Assembly (NCBI GenBank): GCA_951406725.2
Contig: OX597827.1
Location: forward strand, 51,150,001-51,214,000
Origin: Octopus vulgaris
Lineage: Eukaryota
DNA length: 64,000 nucleotides
Reading direction: 5' to 3'
Shown here: positions 13,516-26,930 of the stretch, in pieces
Layout of the letters: every line of letters begins with the position of its first letter
Numbering within the stretch: the first letter of the stretch is position 1
Program-made: the position numbers and the translations under genes
Notes under the pieces: generated by a model
The model's database searches: none
Seen by the model: the letters and a program-made list of their open reading frames with translations, nothing else
Told to the model about the DNA's origin: nothing

Positions 13516-15171
13516 GTATTCTAGTAATGCTGCAGTCCAGTGAGTTAAACTATGTAAGGTGCAACCATAGTAAAAGAATATACTATGTTCTTTTGCTGCT
13601 AAAAAGCTGCACTCACAACTCCTACAATATGCACACTGCAAAACTGATGTGTCCCTTAAATACTAGTTGCAATCTCTCCTAGCTTACACAGTTGTTTCAG
13701 TCACAAGACACTTTTCCTAAAACTTGGCCCTTCATTTCTAATCTTTCAGAAACACAAATTATATATAAATTCAATTACCTCTCTTGCATAAAACTCCGTT
13801 CTACCTTGCAAAAAATGCAAATACCTTTCAGTATATTAAAACAAGTTTGACAATAAATTAGATGTAACTTATTTCGGCAATTGCATTGCACCCCACATAA
13901 ACACAATTTGAAAAAATGTGCCTGTAGTGTAAATCTAGAACATATTGTCACATCATCATCATACATCCATTTTTCCATGATTGAATGGATCAAATGGAAT
14001 TCATAGAGGCAGATTTTTTTTTTTTTTTGTCTGGCTGCCCTTCCTATCACTAACCCTCACCTGTTTCTGAGCAAGGTAATATTTCTCCATGGCCAGATAT
14101 GTCTTTTTTACAGAAGACTGGAAACAAACAACACTGTTTGTTTAATGGTGGTGCTTGCTTACAATCATCGCATGATGCCAGACAAGAGTATACACACATA
14201 CATATACCTATACACACACACAGGCCTCCTTCAATTTCCCTTCACCAAATCCCTTCACAAGGCTCTGGCTAGCTTGGTGCTATAACAGAAGAGTGGGAAT
14301 GAACTTGAAATCACATGGTTGAGAAGCAAACTTTTCCAACCACATAGCTATGCCTGCACCTATGATATTTCTTAACGTAACTAATTCTTTTTCTTTGTCT
14401 CTTTAGCTTGTGAAATTTTTAGACTTCTTTTCCAGTTTAACAAATATAAGAAACCTAGCAAATATGGTAATTGTTTTCCATCGTCCTTGAATTAATCATT
14501 TAATTATCTTATTATCTTCTATTTTGATAGGTGATAATTCCTCTGGTTTTAAGTGTTGGAAAGTTGCTAATTCATATCATAATAAAATTTTTTTTCATTT
14601 CCAGCATGCATTATTGCATTTTTCTTTTGTTAAAATAATACAAAGTTTATTTCAATATCTCAGCATTTATTTTCCTCTTCATTCTTCAGATATTCATGTT
14701 GGAGAAACTTATAAAAGAAGCTTGAAAATGAGACAAATAAAAGTTATAAACTATTCGGCATAATTTAACGTTGTTTTGGAGGGAAAATATAACTGCCACT
14801 GAAATGTATCACTATTCAAACTCATTTGCTCTAGTCCAAATTATTAGACTATTTGGGAAAATATTTTAAAATTTGTTGTATAACAGTTCAATTACTTTTC
14901 AAAGTTTATAAAAAAAATTATCTAATGTCTTATTTGTTGAAATTCAGTTTATATTTTGAATTTCTGGGGGCACAAAAAGCAATCAAATCAAAGTCTCAAC
15001 ATTACTAATGAACCAAATGAAATGAAAGACAGAAAAAATAAAGAAGTTAGAATCCCTTCGTATTTTTTAGTTTATTAGATCAACAACTTACTTTTACTAT
15101 TTAAACTTAGTTGTTGAGAAATCAGTTAAAACTTTTACCTACTGATAGAAATTTAACTGATTTGAAAGTCA

Positions 15172-16803
15172 ATGGAGAAAACTTATGTAGTTAACATTAG
15201 TGGGAAATCCTTCTCCAAATATGGCTCTCATGGCCCAAATGATGAAGAAAGAGCACTTTCACCACAAGATGAGCAAGAAGAGACATTAGATCTTTCTTTC
15301 CGAGACAACAGTCATCTTAGTGTACCTAATAAGCCTTATGCATGTGATTTGTGTAGCAAATGTTTTGCCCAAAAATCTCATTTAAAACAACATTTAGTTA
15401 CACACAGTGGAGAAAAGCCTTTCAAATGTCAAGTGTGCGGAGATGCTTTTTCTCGAAATGGTAACTTAACAAGGCACATGGGTATTCATGGGAAAACTAT
15501 TTCAAATGGTAGTCCTAAGTCATCTATTTGTCATTCAAGTATGTCTCATGAACATAGTACATCATATGAAGCATCAACTTACTCAAAACCTAAAACATCT
15601 AAAGTTATAACAGCAAATGATAAACCTTTTAAATGCCAAATATGCCCTTGTTCATTTTCTCGCAACGGTGATCTTACAAGACATCTAAGAACACATGGAA
15701 CTTCTTTACCATCATTGTCTCATACAGCTAACTGCAAAGTGTCAACTTCATCATCATCATCAGCGTCATCAGTGTCGACAAATCAGTTGCATCATATTCA
15801 AAACCCATTTAACTGTGATGTTTGTTGGGAAACGTTTACGCAAAGAGCTAAGTTAAGCCAAGATATTCATAAAAGGATACATAAGGCTTTAAATCCTTTT
15901 CAATGTGAATCTTGTGGAAAATGCTTCTCTCAAAGGACGCACCTGACAGTTCACCGACAACGGATTCATTCCAATGGAAAGACACTAAACAATTCAGACA
16001 AGCCTTCTTTGGATAATTCATCTTCAACTCATTTACAAAGCTCAAATGAGAAGAGTAATGATAATCCCCTCAGTTGTGATGTCTGCTGGAAAGCCTATTC
16101 ACAAAGAAACCATCATGACTTACATAAACGGATTCATTCTGCTGTGTTACCATTCAAGTGTAATATATGTTCCCAGGTGTTTACTGACCGGGGCGAATGG
16201 AAACGTCATCAGAGGTCTCATCTTGGCAAAAAGCTCTACTCTTGCAGTCTTTGCAATAAAACATTCTTAGAAAGATCACACTTAAAAGTCCACCATCGAA
16301 TTCACACTGGAGAGCGACCATTCAAGTGTGGCACCTGTCAGTTTGCATTTGCAAGGAAAGATCATTTAGAACGGCACCTTCGAGCCAACAAATGTAATAA
16401 CAAAATGAATGATGATTGTAGAAATTCACCTGATAGCAATAACGCCAGTAACGACTCACATAGTGATTTAATCCAGTTACATTCTCATCATCATCACCAT
16501 CAACAACAACAGCAACAACAACATATGAACGACAGCAGTGCACCACCTACAACTGCTCTAGTGCCTGCAAATTCTGTGTTGGCTCATTCCCATCATTCTG
16601 ACACTTCATCTGGTACATTAGTGCAAACTTCTCCACAACTAGATATTGCATCACCCCATCCTGCTACAACAGACCTCATTTCTGCCGCTAATAACACTCA
16701 GATGTACCCTGCCACTATTCAGATGTACCCTACAAGCATACAATTATATTCAGGTGCACCAGTTTTCCCAACAATTCAAGGAGCAACTTTTCTCTGTATT
16801 TAG
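15172..16803 (+). CDS. C2H2 zinc finger protein, 543 aa, about 9 fingers, His/Gln-rich C-terminal region
   Basis: Intact intron-less ORF with CxxC...HxxxH repeats and SGEKP/TGERP linkers. The last finger is C2HC-type. Confidence 0.95.
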   Translation: MEKTYVVNISGKSFSKYGSHGPNDEERALSPQDEQEETLDLSFRDNSHLSVPNKPYACDLCSKCFAQKSHLKQHLVTHSGEKPFKCQVCGDAFSRNGNLTRHMGIHGKTISNGSPKSSICHSSMSHEHSTSYEASTYSKPKTSKVITANDKPFKCQICPCSFSRNGDLTRHLRTHGTSLPSLSHTANCKVSTSSSSSASSVSTNQLHHIQNPFNCDVCWETFTQRAKLSQDIHKRIHKALNPFQCESCGKCFSQRTHLTVHRQRIHSNGKTLNNSDKPSLDNSSSTHLQSSNEKSNDNPLSCDVCWKAYSQRNHHDLHKRIHSAVLPFKCNICSQVFTDRGEWKRHQRSHLGKKLYSCSLCNKTFLERSHLKVHHRIHTGERPFKCGTCQFAFARKDHLERHLRANKCNNKMNDDCRNSPDSNNASNDSHSDLIQLHSHHHHHQQQQQQQHMNDSSAPPTTALVPANSVLAHSHHSDTSSGTLVQTSPQLDIASPHPATTDLISAANNTQMYPATIQMYPTSIQLYSGAPVFPTIQGATFLCI

Positions 16804-18677
16804 ATTACCTGCATATTATCAGTACTAGAAAGGGGAAAAAAATGCTCCCAATATTTAAAATTTATTTTAAATCTCTACTGCTGGTTATCATCATTATCAT
16901 CATGTCATCCACAACACCATTGGAATTAGACCAGAGTTGTCTTTGAATGTTTTCAATACATTTGAAAAACACACACACACGCATGCACACACACATCTGT
17001 GCAAATAGATAAGTATTTTTCACTTTTTACCTCACTTTCTTATGAATCTCCTTTTTGCCAGACCATTAGATACACAATCACAACAAAATATTGTTCCTTA
17101 ATATGTGTGTGCAAGTTAAACAAAATATATATATATATATATATCCAACCCATGCTAGCATGGAAAGCGGACGCTAAACGATAGGCAAGTCTTCTTTTGT
17201 GTTTTTCCATTTTCTTTTCCACAAATGAATCCTTTTTTGATCTTGTATTTCCCTTCAATTTTCGAAATAGTAATATTAAAATATAGATACTATAGGAACT
17301 TTACATATGAGCATTTTGGAATTTTATACACACACGCACACACACACATACATGAGCACACTGTGTGCACATGGGTGTGGGTGTAAGTAAATGTTACGAT
17401 TTAAGGGCAACCATAAGATCAAGGGAGAGAATTCACTTACTAGAAAGAGAAGATGAAGGAGAGACTTGAGAGTGATTGAACTTCAGTCTATACACATGTC
17501 TTTAGTACTAAACACAGCTTCTTGGTGGTAAGCATGGAAACCAAGGGGATATTTATTAACAAACTTGCAACATATTTGATGAAGCATTGACTTTGTAAAC
17601 ATCTCTCTTGGTTGGTGACAAAACTATTGTAACAAATTGGAAGTGTGAAATATCTTGACTACATACATTTTAACGATTTCACTGGTGAAATCTTAAAGAC
17701 ATATACAGTCTTACATACAATAAGTCACAAAAGCCATTAAATGGCTAACTTTTTGGTGTTGTTGATTGCAGTTTTGAATTCGACTTTCACTCATCAATAC
17801 TTGTATATTGATTACATTTTATGTACACATCAGTTTATAAATATATGGGAATATTTGCATTTATTCATATTTGCATGTGCATGGCAAATGCATATGTAAA
17901 CTTTCAAAAATATGCCATGATTGATGGAAGGTATTTTTCTATGTCCCTTGTTCCTTCTTGCTTTTAAACTTAAAGTGTAACCTTGATAAGATTAGAAAAT
18001 AAGTTTATCACATCCATATCAACAAAGGATTCTCATACTCAAAATCAAAGTAACAATCATATTGTTCATTTGCACAGTTTAAAAAAATCGTCTCAGCAAA
18101 ACTGTATTCAGAATTGAAGTAATTTAGCTAAATTAAAAACTAGATCTTTTAAAATATTTCATCGTTGCTAATGTTATTGATTCTGATATGCAGATACCTA
18201 CCTCTAATATTCAGATTTTGCTGAATAGTATAGAAAAAAAGGCTCTAGTATCAATTTTATTTTGAATTACTTTCATTTTCATCATTTATTTATTGTAGGT
18301 CAAAACACTAAAACATTTGCGATTTTTAATTCATAGTTGAAAAGTTTGGAGAATTGGGTGGATGGATTATGAACCTTTCTGAAGATTCTTGTTCATTTTC
18401 ATTAATGTGTGTTATTCTGTGTCTTGAGAAAAGTACTAAACTTCTATTTCATTTACTGGCATCTGTGTTAGTAAGACCTGGGAGACAGTTTGATAAGAAC
18501 TGTAAACTAGCTTGAAATAGACGATTTATGAGTTGCTGTGGCCAGTGATATCTTTTCATACAAATAAATTAATGATTTAAAGTTGTTTTCTAATCTTCAA
18601 GCTCAAAGTGGCCTTCATACACTCAAGAGCAAGATAGATATAAGATTTCTGTAACTTATCCATTTGATTTTGCTTGT

Positions 18678-18895
18678 CATCATCATCATTATCATCATCG
18701 TTTAACGTCCGTTCTCCATGCTAGCATGGGTTGGATGGATCGACCGGGGATCTGGGAAGCCAGAAGGCTGCACCAGGCTCCAGTCTGATCTGGCAGTGTT
18801 TTCTACAGCTGGATGCCCTTCCTAACGCCAACCACTCCGTGAGTGTAGTGGGTGCTTTTTACGTGCCAGGCAAGGCTGGCAATGGCCACGATCAG
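18678..18895 (-). mobile_element. RTE-tail SINE copy
   Basis: Closely similar to 8505-8780. Confidence 0.8.
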
Positions 18896-20196
18896 ATCAA
18901 TATAGAAAGCGATGATAAAATAGCAAAAGAAAATAATTTAAATTTCAAGACGTTCTCTTAAATAATGCTGTACTTCTGTTTATTTTTTCATCAGCATTAG
19001 TGAATTATTTAGGTAAGAAAAAAAGAAAGAAAAATATAGAAACTTGATAAATGGAATAAAAAAAATTAAGTTAATGAATTAAATTAACTGCATTAAGTCT
19101 ATGGAAATTTTTAAGAATTGCAGTTCTCCTCAAGGTTACACTTCAGTTTTTAATTTGGTATATCTGCTCTTCATTTGGCAACAGTTTAATCCACATCTTA
19201 TTTCTTTTATGTTCTCCAGAATATTTGGTAAAAACCATTAAAAGTTTTCCCCATCATTTCTGTATAAACAAAAACTTTAGTTTTCATTGCAGAATAATTG
19301 TTAAATTTCTTTGCAGTCCATCACTTCATTCTGTAGCTTTCATTTTTTGTAATAAAAAAATACCTCTAAAACAGATTGTCTTTTCATTACTTTGCATTGA
19401 ACTAAAAGATTCATTACCTACACATTGCAAAAAGTTACAGAAAAGATAGACTCTGCAGTATCTTGTTAATTTTTTCAGACAAAATATATAGTAGCAATCC
19501 CAAAAGATTTAGGTGGTATGGTTGACCTCACTTGTAGATTTGGAAAAACTCATGGATTGTGTCTATTTGTTGTTGTTGAAAGTGTTTTTTGTTGAATTTT
19601 AAATAAGTGGCAATTCCATTTTATCCAACCTCTGTATATGCTCTCATATGTGCACACACACACATTTATGTGTATGTGTGCATATATATATATATAGCAT
19701 GATGCTGCAGTTTTTTGTGTGAGAGAAAATCTCTTTATAGACATGTATTAAAAGAAATATATATTGGAGCAAGGCAAACATTAGAGCAGCAATGCCCACA
19801 AGAATGACAGGTGTGTTTCACCAAACTTGGGACTTGTGAATGCTAGATCAAATTCCTGTTTAGATATATTGGAAAAAGTGAATAATACATTCACTGGTAG
19901 TTCAGTAAGCTTCAAAAGCTGTAATAAAATAAGTAAGTCCAATAGAAGAGGCATTGAATTAAAATCGTTATGTATGTATCATACTAAATATATATATATA
20001 CAACATTAAAAGACATGACATTGTAGATTTTATCTGAGAGAATATTTCTTCATAGTTTTGTTGTGTTAAAAACATTATATATCAGAAAGTAAAACAAACA
20101 TTACAGCAGTGACTCACGAGAACCACTGATGCAATTTGCCCTACTTATATACACACATGTATGTGTATTATATATATACACACACACACATATATA

Positions 20197-21597
20197 CAGT
20201 CCTGCCAGAAAGTTTAGCAATAGTAGGAGAATTTTCTTTAATCAATGAAAAAACGCTTTATTGTTTAAAATGAATATTTTAAGTAAAAAATGATAAATAA
20301 ATGGATATTTAATATTTATTATATGAACCATTTGCTTTTAGACATGCTTTTGTTCTCATTACATGGATTCCACAAACTTCTGGCAATATTCTGGTGTAAC
20401 GAGGGTCAACCGAAAAGTCGACAGGCTGACCAAGATACTCTCATGAAATGTGACCAAATAAAGTTTATTTTCAACATAGTCCTCCTTACGGTCCATACAC
20501 TACTTCTTCCATCGGTGTTGCAGTGCTTTGATCCCATGAGTGAAGAAGTTTTCATCCTGTTGCTAAAGAAAGATATCAACAGCAGATATGGTGTTCTCAT
20601 CAATGCAATACTGGTTCTGAGCTAAGTGTTTTTTCATGTTGGGGAACAGCTGATAGTCAGATGGGGCCATATCAGGAGAATAGGGAGTGTGATCAGCCAG
20701 TTCAAAACCACATTCATGCACAGCAGCCATTGAAAGCAAGGACTTGTGTACTAGAACATTGTCCTGATGAAACAAGACCCCTTTCATCAGTTTTCTTGGG
20801 CATTTGGTCTTGATAGCCTCAGCAAGTTGATGTAGTACTCTCCATTGATGGTGGGACCCATTTGAAGGTAGTCAATAAGCACAGTGCCTTTTGCATCCCC
20901 CAAAAAACAGGCCATCAGCTTCCCTACAGATGAACTGACCATGACCTTCTTCAGAGCAGGTGAAGGGAGGTATTTCCACCACATGGATTGTCCCTTTGTC
21001 TCATGCTCAAAGTAACGAACCCATCCTGGTAACCAGCTGGATCTGCCTCAGACAATGTCAGATTTTCCAATGATCAGGTCATCCTGGTGTACTTTTGATG
21101 GCAGCCACTGAACAGAAACCTTCATGCCAAGTGCATTGTGTAGAATATTCTCAACTCTTTCATGGAGTATGCTTATAGCATTGGCTATTTGATTTATAGT
21201 CAGTCACCTTTCATTCACCAACATGAGGTGAACATGATCAATGTTTTCCTTGTGGTGGCAGTTGCAGGATGTGCAGGCCATGGGTCATCTTCCCACTTTT
21301 GCACTGTTGATAAAACAGGAGCAGCATCCTCCAATGTAGCAACCATGTCAGCATGAATGTCCACGATACCAAATTTTGTCCATTTTGAAGAGAAATTGTT
21401 ATTTCTTACTTTCGAAGTTTTTGAACAGTCAGATGTCAGTTTAGCTGGAAAGAAACAATGCAGTTTTTAATAAGAAGAGATGAAATCAAAGCATGCAAAA
21501 CTTAACACCTCTAACATCACTCCATAGTCAGACTATGAACTTGATTGAGCATTTTCTAGCTACCATAAACCTAGATAATCTTTTGCTTTTAATATTG

Positions 21598-21631
<34 letters not shown>

Positions 21632-22594
21632 GGAGAGGCACAAGCACCTACACACACATATACACACACGGTAGTAACTTCCGCCTACCGAATTCAATCA
21701 CAAGCTTCGGTCAGCTCGGAGCTATAGCAGAAGACACCTGCCCGAAGTGCCACGCAGTGGGACTGAACCCGAAACCATGTAGTTAGTAAGCAAGCTCCCT
21801 AACCACACAGCCATCTGAGCACAAAATGTAATCCACATCTAGCCCTACACATCATGACTGTTACTGCAGAACAAACAGTTCTTGATGTATAACTTCCATT
21901 CAGGTGCTCACCTTTTTGTCTTCATATAACTACAACATCAAGAAATTAATGTTTCATCAGTATGCATAATTTTACTCCATTCAATTGGTGTCTTGTGCTT
22001 ATATCTCTTGCAAAATTTTATCTGATCTCAAATATTTTTTTCTTGCTCAATTGAGGTTTCTTTTACTGGTGTATGCTTTTAGCTTAAAATCTTTTGCCAA
22101 ACAATCTTTAATTGTTGATAAACTTGGTGTTTTATTATTGTTATCATTTGTTGGTAATCGTGCTTGTATCTCACTTGCAGAGGAAAAAGGATTTGCCCTT
22201 CCATAGCAGTGAACGGAATGATCAGTTTCAGGTGTTGTTAATCTTAGCCTACCTGAGCAATCAATAATTTTCTGTTTCTTTCATTCTTTTCAGAGTTTTT
22301 GAAATATCTAATGGATGTAAAGACAAACCTTATTCATTTTTATCAAAATTTCAATCTGAGTTCGCTTCTCTGATGGAATTTCATGCTTCTTTCCCACCTT
22401 TGTTTTTTTTTGTTGTTGTTTTTTTGGCATTTGAAGGTTTGAAGAGAAAGTTAACTTGACTGTCAAGAGAAATGCTTATATTTGGTATAATTTTTGTATT
22501 TTGCAACCAATGAATATAAATTTTAGAAAAACCAATTTATTTTAAAATGTAAAAAACAATTCTCTAGGTGTTGCTAAACTTTCTGGTAGGAATG
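20197..22594. mobile_element. Tc1-like DNA transposon remnant hosting nested mariner and SINE insertions
   Basis: 24-bp TIRs CAGTCCTGCCAGAAAGTTTAGCAA / TTGCTAAACTTTCTGGTAGGAATG (2 mismatches), with TA on the left flank. Confidence 0.7.
20399..21560 (-). mobile_element. Mariner transposon with degraded DD34D transposase
   Basis: Frameshifted ORFs contain GVLFHQDN, HTPYSPDMAPSDYQLFPNMKKHL and GTVLIDYLQMGPTINGEYY. Confidence 0.9.
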
Positions 22595-22598
22595 CATA

Positions 22599-22975
22599 GG
22601 CACAGGAGTAGCTGTGTGGTAAGTAACTTGTTTACCAACCACATGGTCCAAGGTTCAATCTTACTGCATCGCACCTTGGGCAAGTGTCTTTTACTATAGC
22701 TTCAGGCTGACCAAAGCCTTGTGCGTAGATTTAGTAGACAGAAACTGAAAGGAGCCTGTCATATATATACATTTATGTGTGTATGTGTATTTGTCCCCCC
22801 ACCATCACTTGACAACTGATGTTGGTATTTTTACGTCCCCATGACTTAGTGGCACAGCAAAAGCGATGGATAGAATAAGTATTAGGCTTACAAAGAATAA
22901 GTTCTGGGGTCAATTTGTTCGACTAAAGGTGGTGCTCCAGCATGGCCACAATCAAATGACTGAAATAAAAGAATA
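22599..22975 (+). mobile_element. tRNA-derived SINE, family B
   Basis: GCTGTGTGGTAAG head, CACCTTGGGCAAGTGTCTT core, internal microsatellite. Copies at 35701-36306, 21690-21812 and 61250-61405. Confidence 0.8.
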
Positions 22976-23479
22976 ATAATAATAATCAATAATTTGTATG
23001 AAGAAAATCATATCTTTATTTTAGATCACACCTTAAAAACCCAACAAAGGGTCTCTCCCTCAGAATGAACAGTAGACAAGTCAACAAAAGCCAAGTACAG
23101 AGGTTTATCTTTGACTAGGTATTTCTCCTGAAGTTACCTTACCAGATATATCGCATTAGTGGTGCTTCTAACTGGCTTGGTATTTCTATTGCAACCATCT
23201 TACCAGAAATATAGCATCAGTGGTGCTTATCCCTGGCACAAACCCAAACTGCATTTCACCTAAACTAACTCTTTCCCTAATTAGTTGGGCTATGACCCTC
23301 TCCATGACTCATTACCTGATCCAACAACTTGATACCTCTGTAATTATTCATATCTAATGCGTCACCTTTACCTTTGTAGCACTTGACTATGGTGCTGCTA
23401 CATCAGTCATTGGGAATGACTCCTTTATGTATCACCTGATTGACTATATGGGTAACTAGACTATAGCTGACACTGCCAG

Positions 23480-24905
23480 ATATTTTAAGCATCTCTGTAG
23501 TGATTCCTGATGGGCTGGGGGCTTTCCTGTCTTCATACCTTAATTGCTTTATCTACCTAGGTACTGTCAATTTGGATAGCTGGTCCATCTGTTGGGTCAA
23601 CATTTGACAGGCTCTCTTTCTCCCATTCATTCTCTTCATCTAGCAACCTTTCATGGTGGCACCTCTCTCTTTGCAACCTCATTAAATGCAAATGAGTGAT
23701 CATCCATGCGGACACATTTCTCTCCTATGACATCATGATTCTCTTTCACACACTGTCTTGCAACACGAAACACTTCAAGTCTCTTTAGTCCTCATGATGC
23801 AGAACATTGGCAAATTTTTTCTTATCTGCTTCCCCTCTGGCTAAGTAAGCCTGTCTCCTAGCTTCCCTTCTGATGATCTGATACAGTTCCCTGCTACCAC
23901 CATTCTTCCAGTCCACCCATGCCTGTTTCTTTTCTTTATTGGCCTTGTCAACCCCACCACGTTACCTTAGGTTGAGAGGGGACTTTGCACCATCCACAGA
24001 TCTGGTCCATAGCCCTCAACAGGTTGCCCCATAGGAACCTCCAGTTGTCTTCCACATTATGTGATGCTATATCTTCCTCTTTTTGTCAAAAGCTTCGAGT
24101 AACACTTCTCTAAATCTCGGTCCATTCACAGAATCCTTAAGCTTCCAGACCCTTCTTTTCCATGCTGGTCGTCTTCTGGGGCAGCAATTTAGCCTTGATC
24201 CTGAAGTCACCAACTACTAACCTATGTTGGGGTGTGCATTCTTCACTTGGGAAAGTTTTGGTATTTATAAGTAGCCATCTTTCCTGTTTTCTGGTGAGGA
24301 TGTAGTCAATCTGACTAGTGTGTCCACCAGACCTGTAGGCGAACAGGTGATTGGCAGGTTTCCTGAAGTTAGTATTACAGACCATAAGATCATTTGCATC
24401 ACAGAACTCCAGCAGCCTGGTTCCCTCCTCATTGCAGGAACCAAATGTATAGCCACCATCTACACCATGGAAGCCTCCTGCATGTTGTCTAACATGCCCA
24501 TTGAAGTCGCCAGCCACAAAGAGAAGGTCTCTGTCATTTATTGACAAGACAGTCTGCAAGAGGGTGTCATAAAATCGGTCTTTCTGTTCATCAGGTAGCC
24601 CTGGCCAAGGGGCATAGGCTGAGATAATGGTTGCTAATCCATGTTGCAGCACTAATCTGAGCTTAAGTATTCTATCACAGACTCTGACTACCTCAATTAC
24701 CTTATCAATCCCCTTCTCCACAAGAAGTATACCCACACCCTCAACCCCATCAGTGTTCCCTACCCAGGAAATGTTATATCTATGTTCTTTGCCTGTAAGA
24801 AACCTTGCAGAACTTCCTCTCCACCTTACTTCTCGGATGCAGTACAAATCTACACATCTCCATTCAAGCATCTCAACAATCTCACCAGACCTACCTTTCA
24901 ATGTG
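23480..24905 (-). mobile_element. RTE LINE fragment with APE endonuclease domain (degenerate downstream)
   Basis: ORF 24137-24901 has EVRWRG, IISAYAP, VAGDFNGHV, SQIDYIL and QHRLVVGD, the motifs of RTE-clade apurinic endonuclease. Confidence 0.9.
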
Positions 24906-25340
24906 CCAAAAAATCGACTATATCAAACTGGGTGAACCTTACTCTGCCTCTACCCCTGTTGGCATTAAACCATGCGGCCACTTCGCTGGTGCTGCACCAC
25001 AAGGAGAAGTTGGTGACCCTTCTTATGGTGTTGTTGATATTTCGCAAAATATGCTTGCTCACTGGACCGATCTTGGATTTGGCTGGGTTGATCAGGCAGC
25101 ACTAAGGGTTAGAGGCAAAGTTCAGTTTGTGGTCTTTTATGGTGATGAAAGGATTTCTTTTAGCTAGGATTTCTGCCGTCACCTATCTCTAAATCGTTAG
25201 CTAATTTTTTAGCCACACTGTTGATGTTTCTATATGTAGGGGGGGGTGCTCTGTAAGTCTGTGTAATGTTATTTTCTAGTAGCCTGTTGTATTCTATGGT
25301 GTCTAACCTATATAAGTTCTTCGTCTTATCAGAGGAAATT
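24906..25340 (-). mobile_element. Penelope-like element reverse transcriptase fragment
   Basis: Minus-strand translation across frameshifts and a stop: SSDKTKNLY..LLENNITQTY..PFITIKDHKLNFASNP.CCLINPAKSKIG.VSKHILRNIN...VAAWFN..FTQFDIVDF, characteristic of PLE RT. Confidence 0.75.
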
Positions 25341-25864
25341 AGGAGCCTATGGCTGTGTGTTTAGGAAGCTTGCTTCATTGCTACATGGTACCTTAGGCAA
25401 GTGTCTTCTGCTAAAGCCTTGGGCTAACCGAAGCTTTATATATATATATATATATGTCTTTGTATGTGTATATTCTTTCATTCTTTTACATGTTTCAGCC
25501 TAGAACCTGTAGCTATAATGGGGCACTACCTGTATCTTCTCCATTTCAATCATTTTTCCGAGGGAATTTGATATTGCTGCTCTCATTTGAGTTACTTCCC
25601 ATGATGTAGGCTCATCTGGGATCTTGGACAGTAGAAGGTCAAGGTGCTTCTTGAAAACATCTATCCCCGCTCCATGTAGATCTCTTAGGGTTTCTTAGGG
25701 TTTCTTAGGGTTTCAAGATATTAAAAAGCTATGGGCCTTTGAATCCAAAACTATTGTAGTACAAGGTTCTTTACGAGATGGGATGGTTGGGACCTTAAGA
25801 ACAGTGCAATGGCATCCTGTTTGTAGCTGATATAACTCTTGATGCCAAGGTTTGGTGCCAACCC

Positions 25865-25902
<38 letters not shown>

Positions 25903-25942
25903 GCAACAAGTATATCTGAGGTAGAGTTGTACAATTGTTTCA

Positions 25943-26206
25943 TGCTACTTCATTTTATTAAACACTGTAAGTATTACATCAGATTTAAAATGTCGAGCAA
26001 TCTTCAGCCACTTATAGAATTTTCCAGTCAAATGGACAATGCACATTCTTATCTCTATTTCATTTGCCCTCTTTATAATGTTGGCAAATGAAAGAGATAA
26101 GAATGTGCATTGTCCATTTGACTGGAAAATTCTATAAGTGGCAGAAGATTGCTCGACATTTTAAATCTGATGTAATACTTACAGTGTTTAATAAAATGAA
26201 GTAGCA
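25943..26206. repeat. Near-perfect 264-bp hairpin (foldback MITE-like)
   Basis: About 125-bp arms with one mismatch and one 2-bp indel, and a 14-nt loop at 26069-26082. Confidence 0.92.
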
Positions 26207-26789
26207 CCGTACTATCTCCCAAATTGGTTTAGATGTCAGCTATTCACAATGGTCTTTATATAGTACCCAAGCTTAGAAAGAGATACTAGGTACTGGTAAC
26301 TTCACTCATTGGGTAATTCTGTGTTCCTATTCAGAATTTAAAATAATCCATAGAGTATTTAATAACATTGATAACGAAGAGGTAAGTGGAGATTTTATTT
26401 ACATCCAAAAATTTCTTTAAGTTTTCTACAGCATATTCATCTGACCTACATATGCAACAACTGCACATTGCATTGCATGCAATAGATACCTCTAGCAAAT
26501 GGAGTGGTATATAATTCCTTTTGGAAAACAAATAATTTCCAGTATACCTAAACTGTGGAGGTGCATGGCTTAATGATCATAAGATTGTGGTTTTGATTCC
26601 TGGACCGGGTGATGCATTGTGTTCTTGAGCAAAACACTTCATTTCGCATTGCCCCAGTCCATTCAGCTGGTAAAAATGAATAATCCTACAACAGATCGGC
26701 ATCCTATCCAGGTGGGGAATATATATGCCACTGAAACTAGGAAACCGGTCCTTATGAGCCTGGCATGGTTCAAGAAGGAAAAAAAAAAA

Positions 26790-26930
26790 TCTAAATTGTT
26801 CTATTCGGGATTGGCTAAACATTTTCCAAAAGACAGTAAATATTATAGAGTATTTAATAAACATAGAATTAAACTAACATTTTCTAATAGCAGAAATCTT
26901 GCACAAATTATAGCAGCACACAACGTGAGT
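26790..26930 (+). mobile_element. Penelope-like element fragment (post-RT region)
   Basis: LAKHFPKDSKYYRVFNKHRIKLTFSNSRNLAQIIAAHN resembles the PLE KHFP...FN...K.S.S..N...II..HN motif. Confidence 0.65.

Noticed and set aside
24137-24901. 254-aa ORF as a host gene
   Set aside because: It is an RTE LINE endonuclease domain followed by frameshifted LINE sequence.
25684-25714. (CTTAGGGTTT)3 telomere-like repeat
   Set aside because: The unit is 10 bp with only three copies inside a LINE fragment. This is local slippage, not an interstitial telomere.
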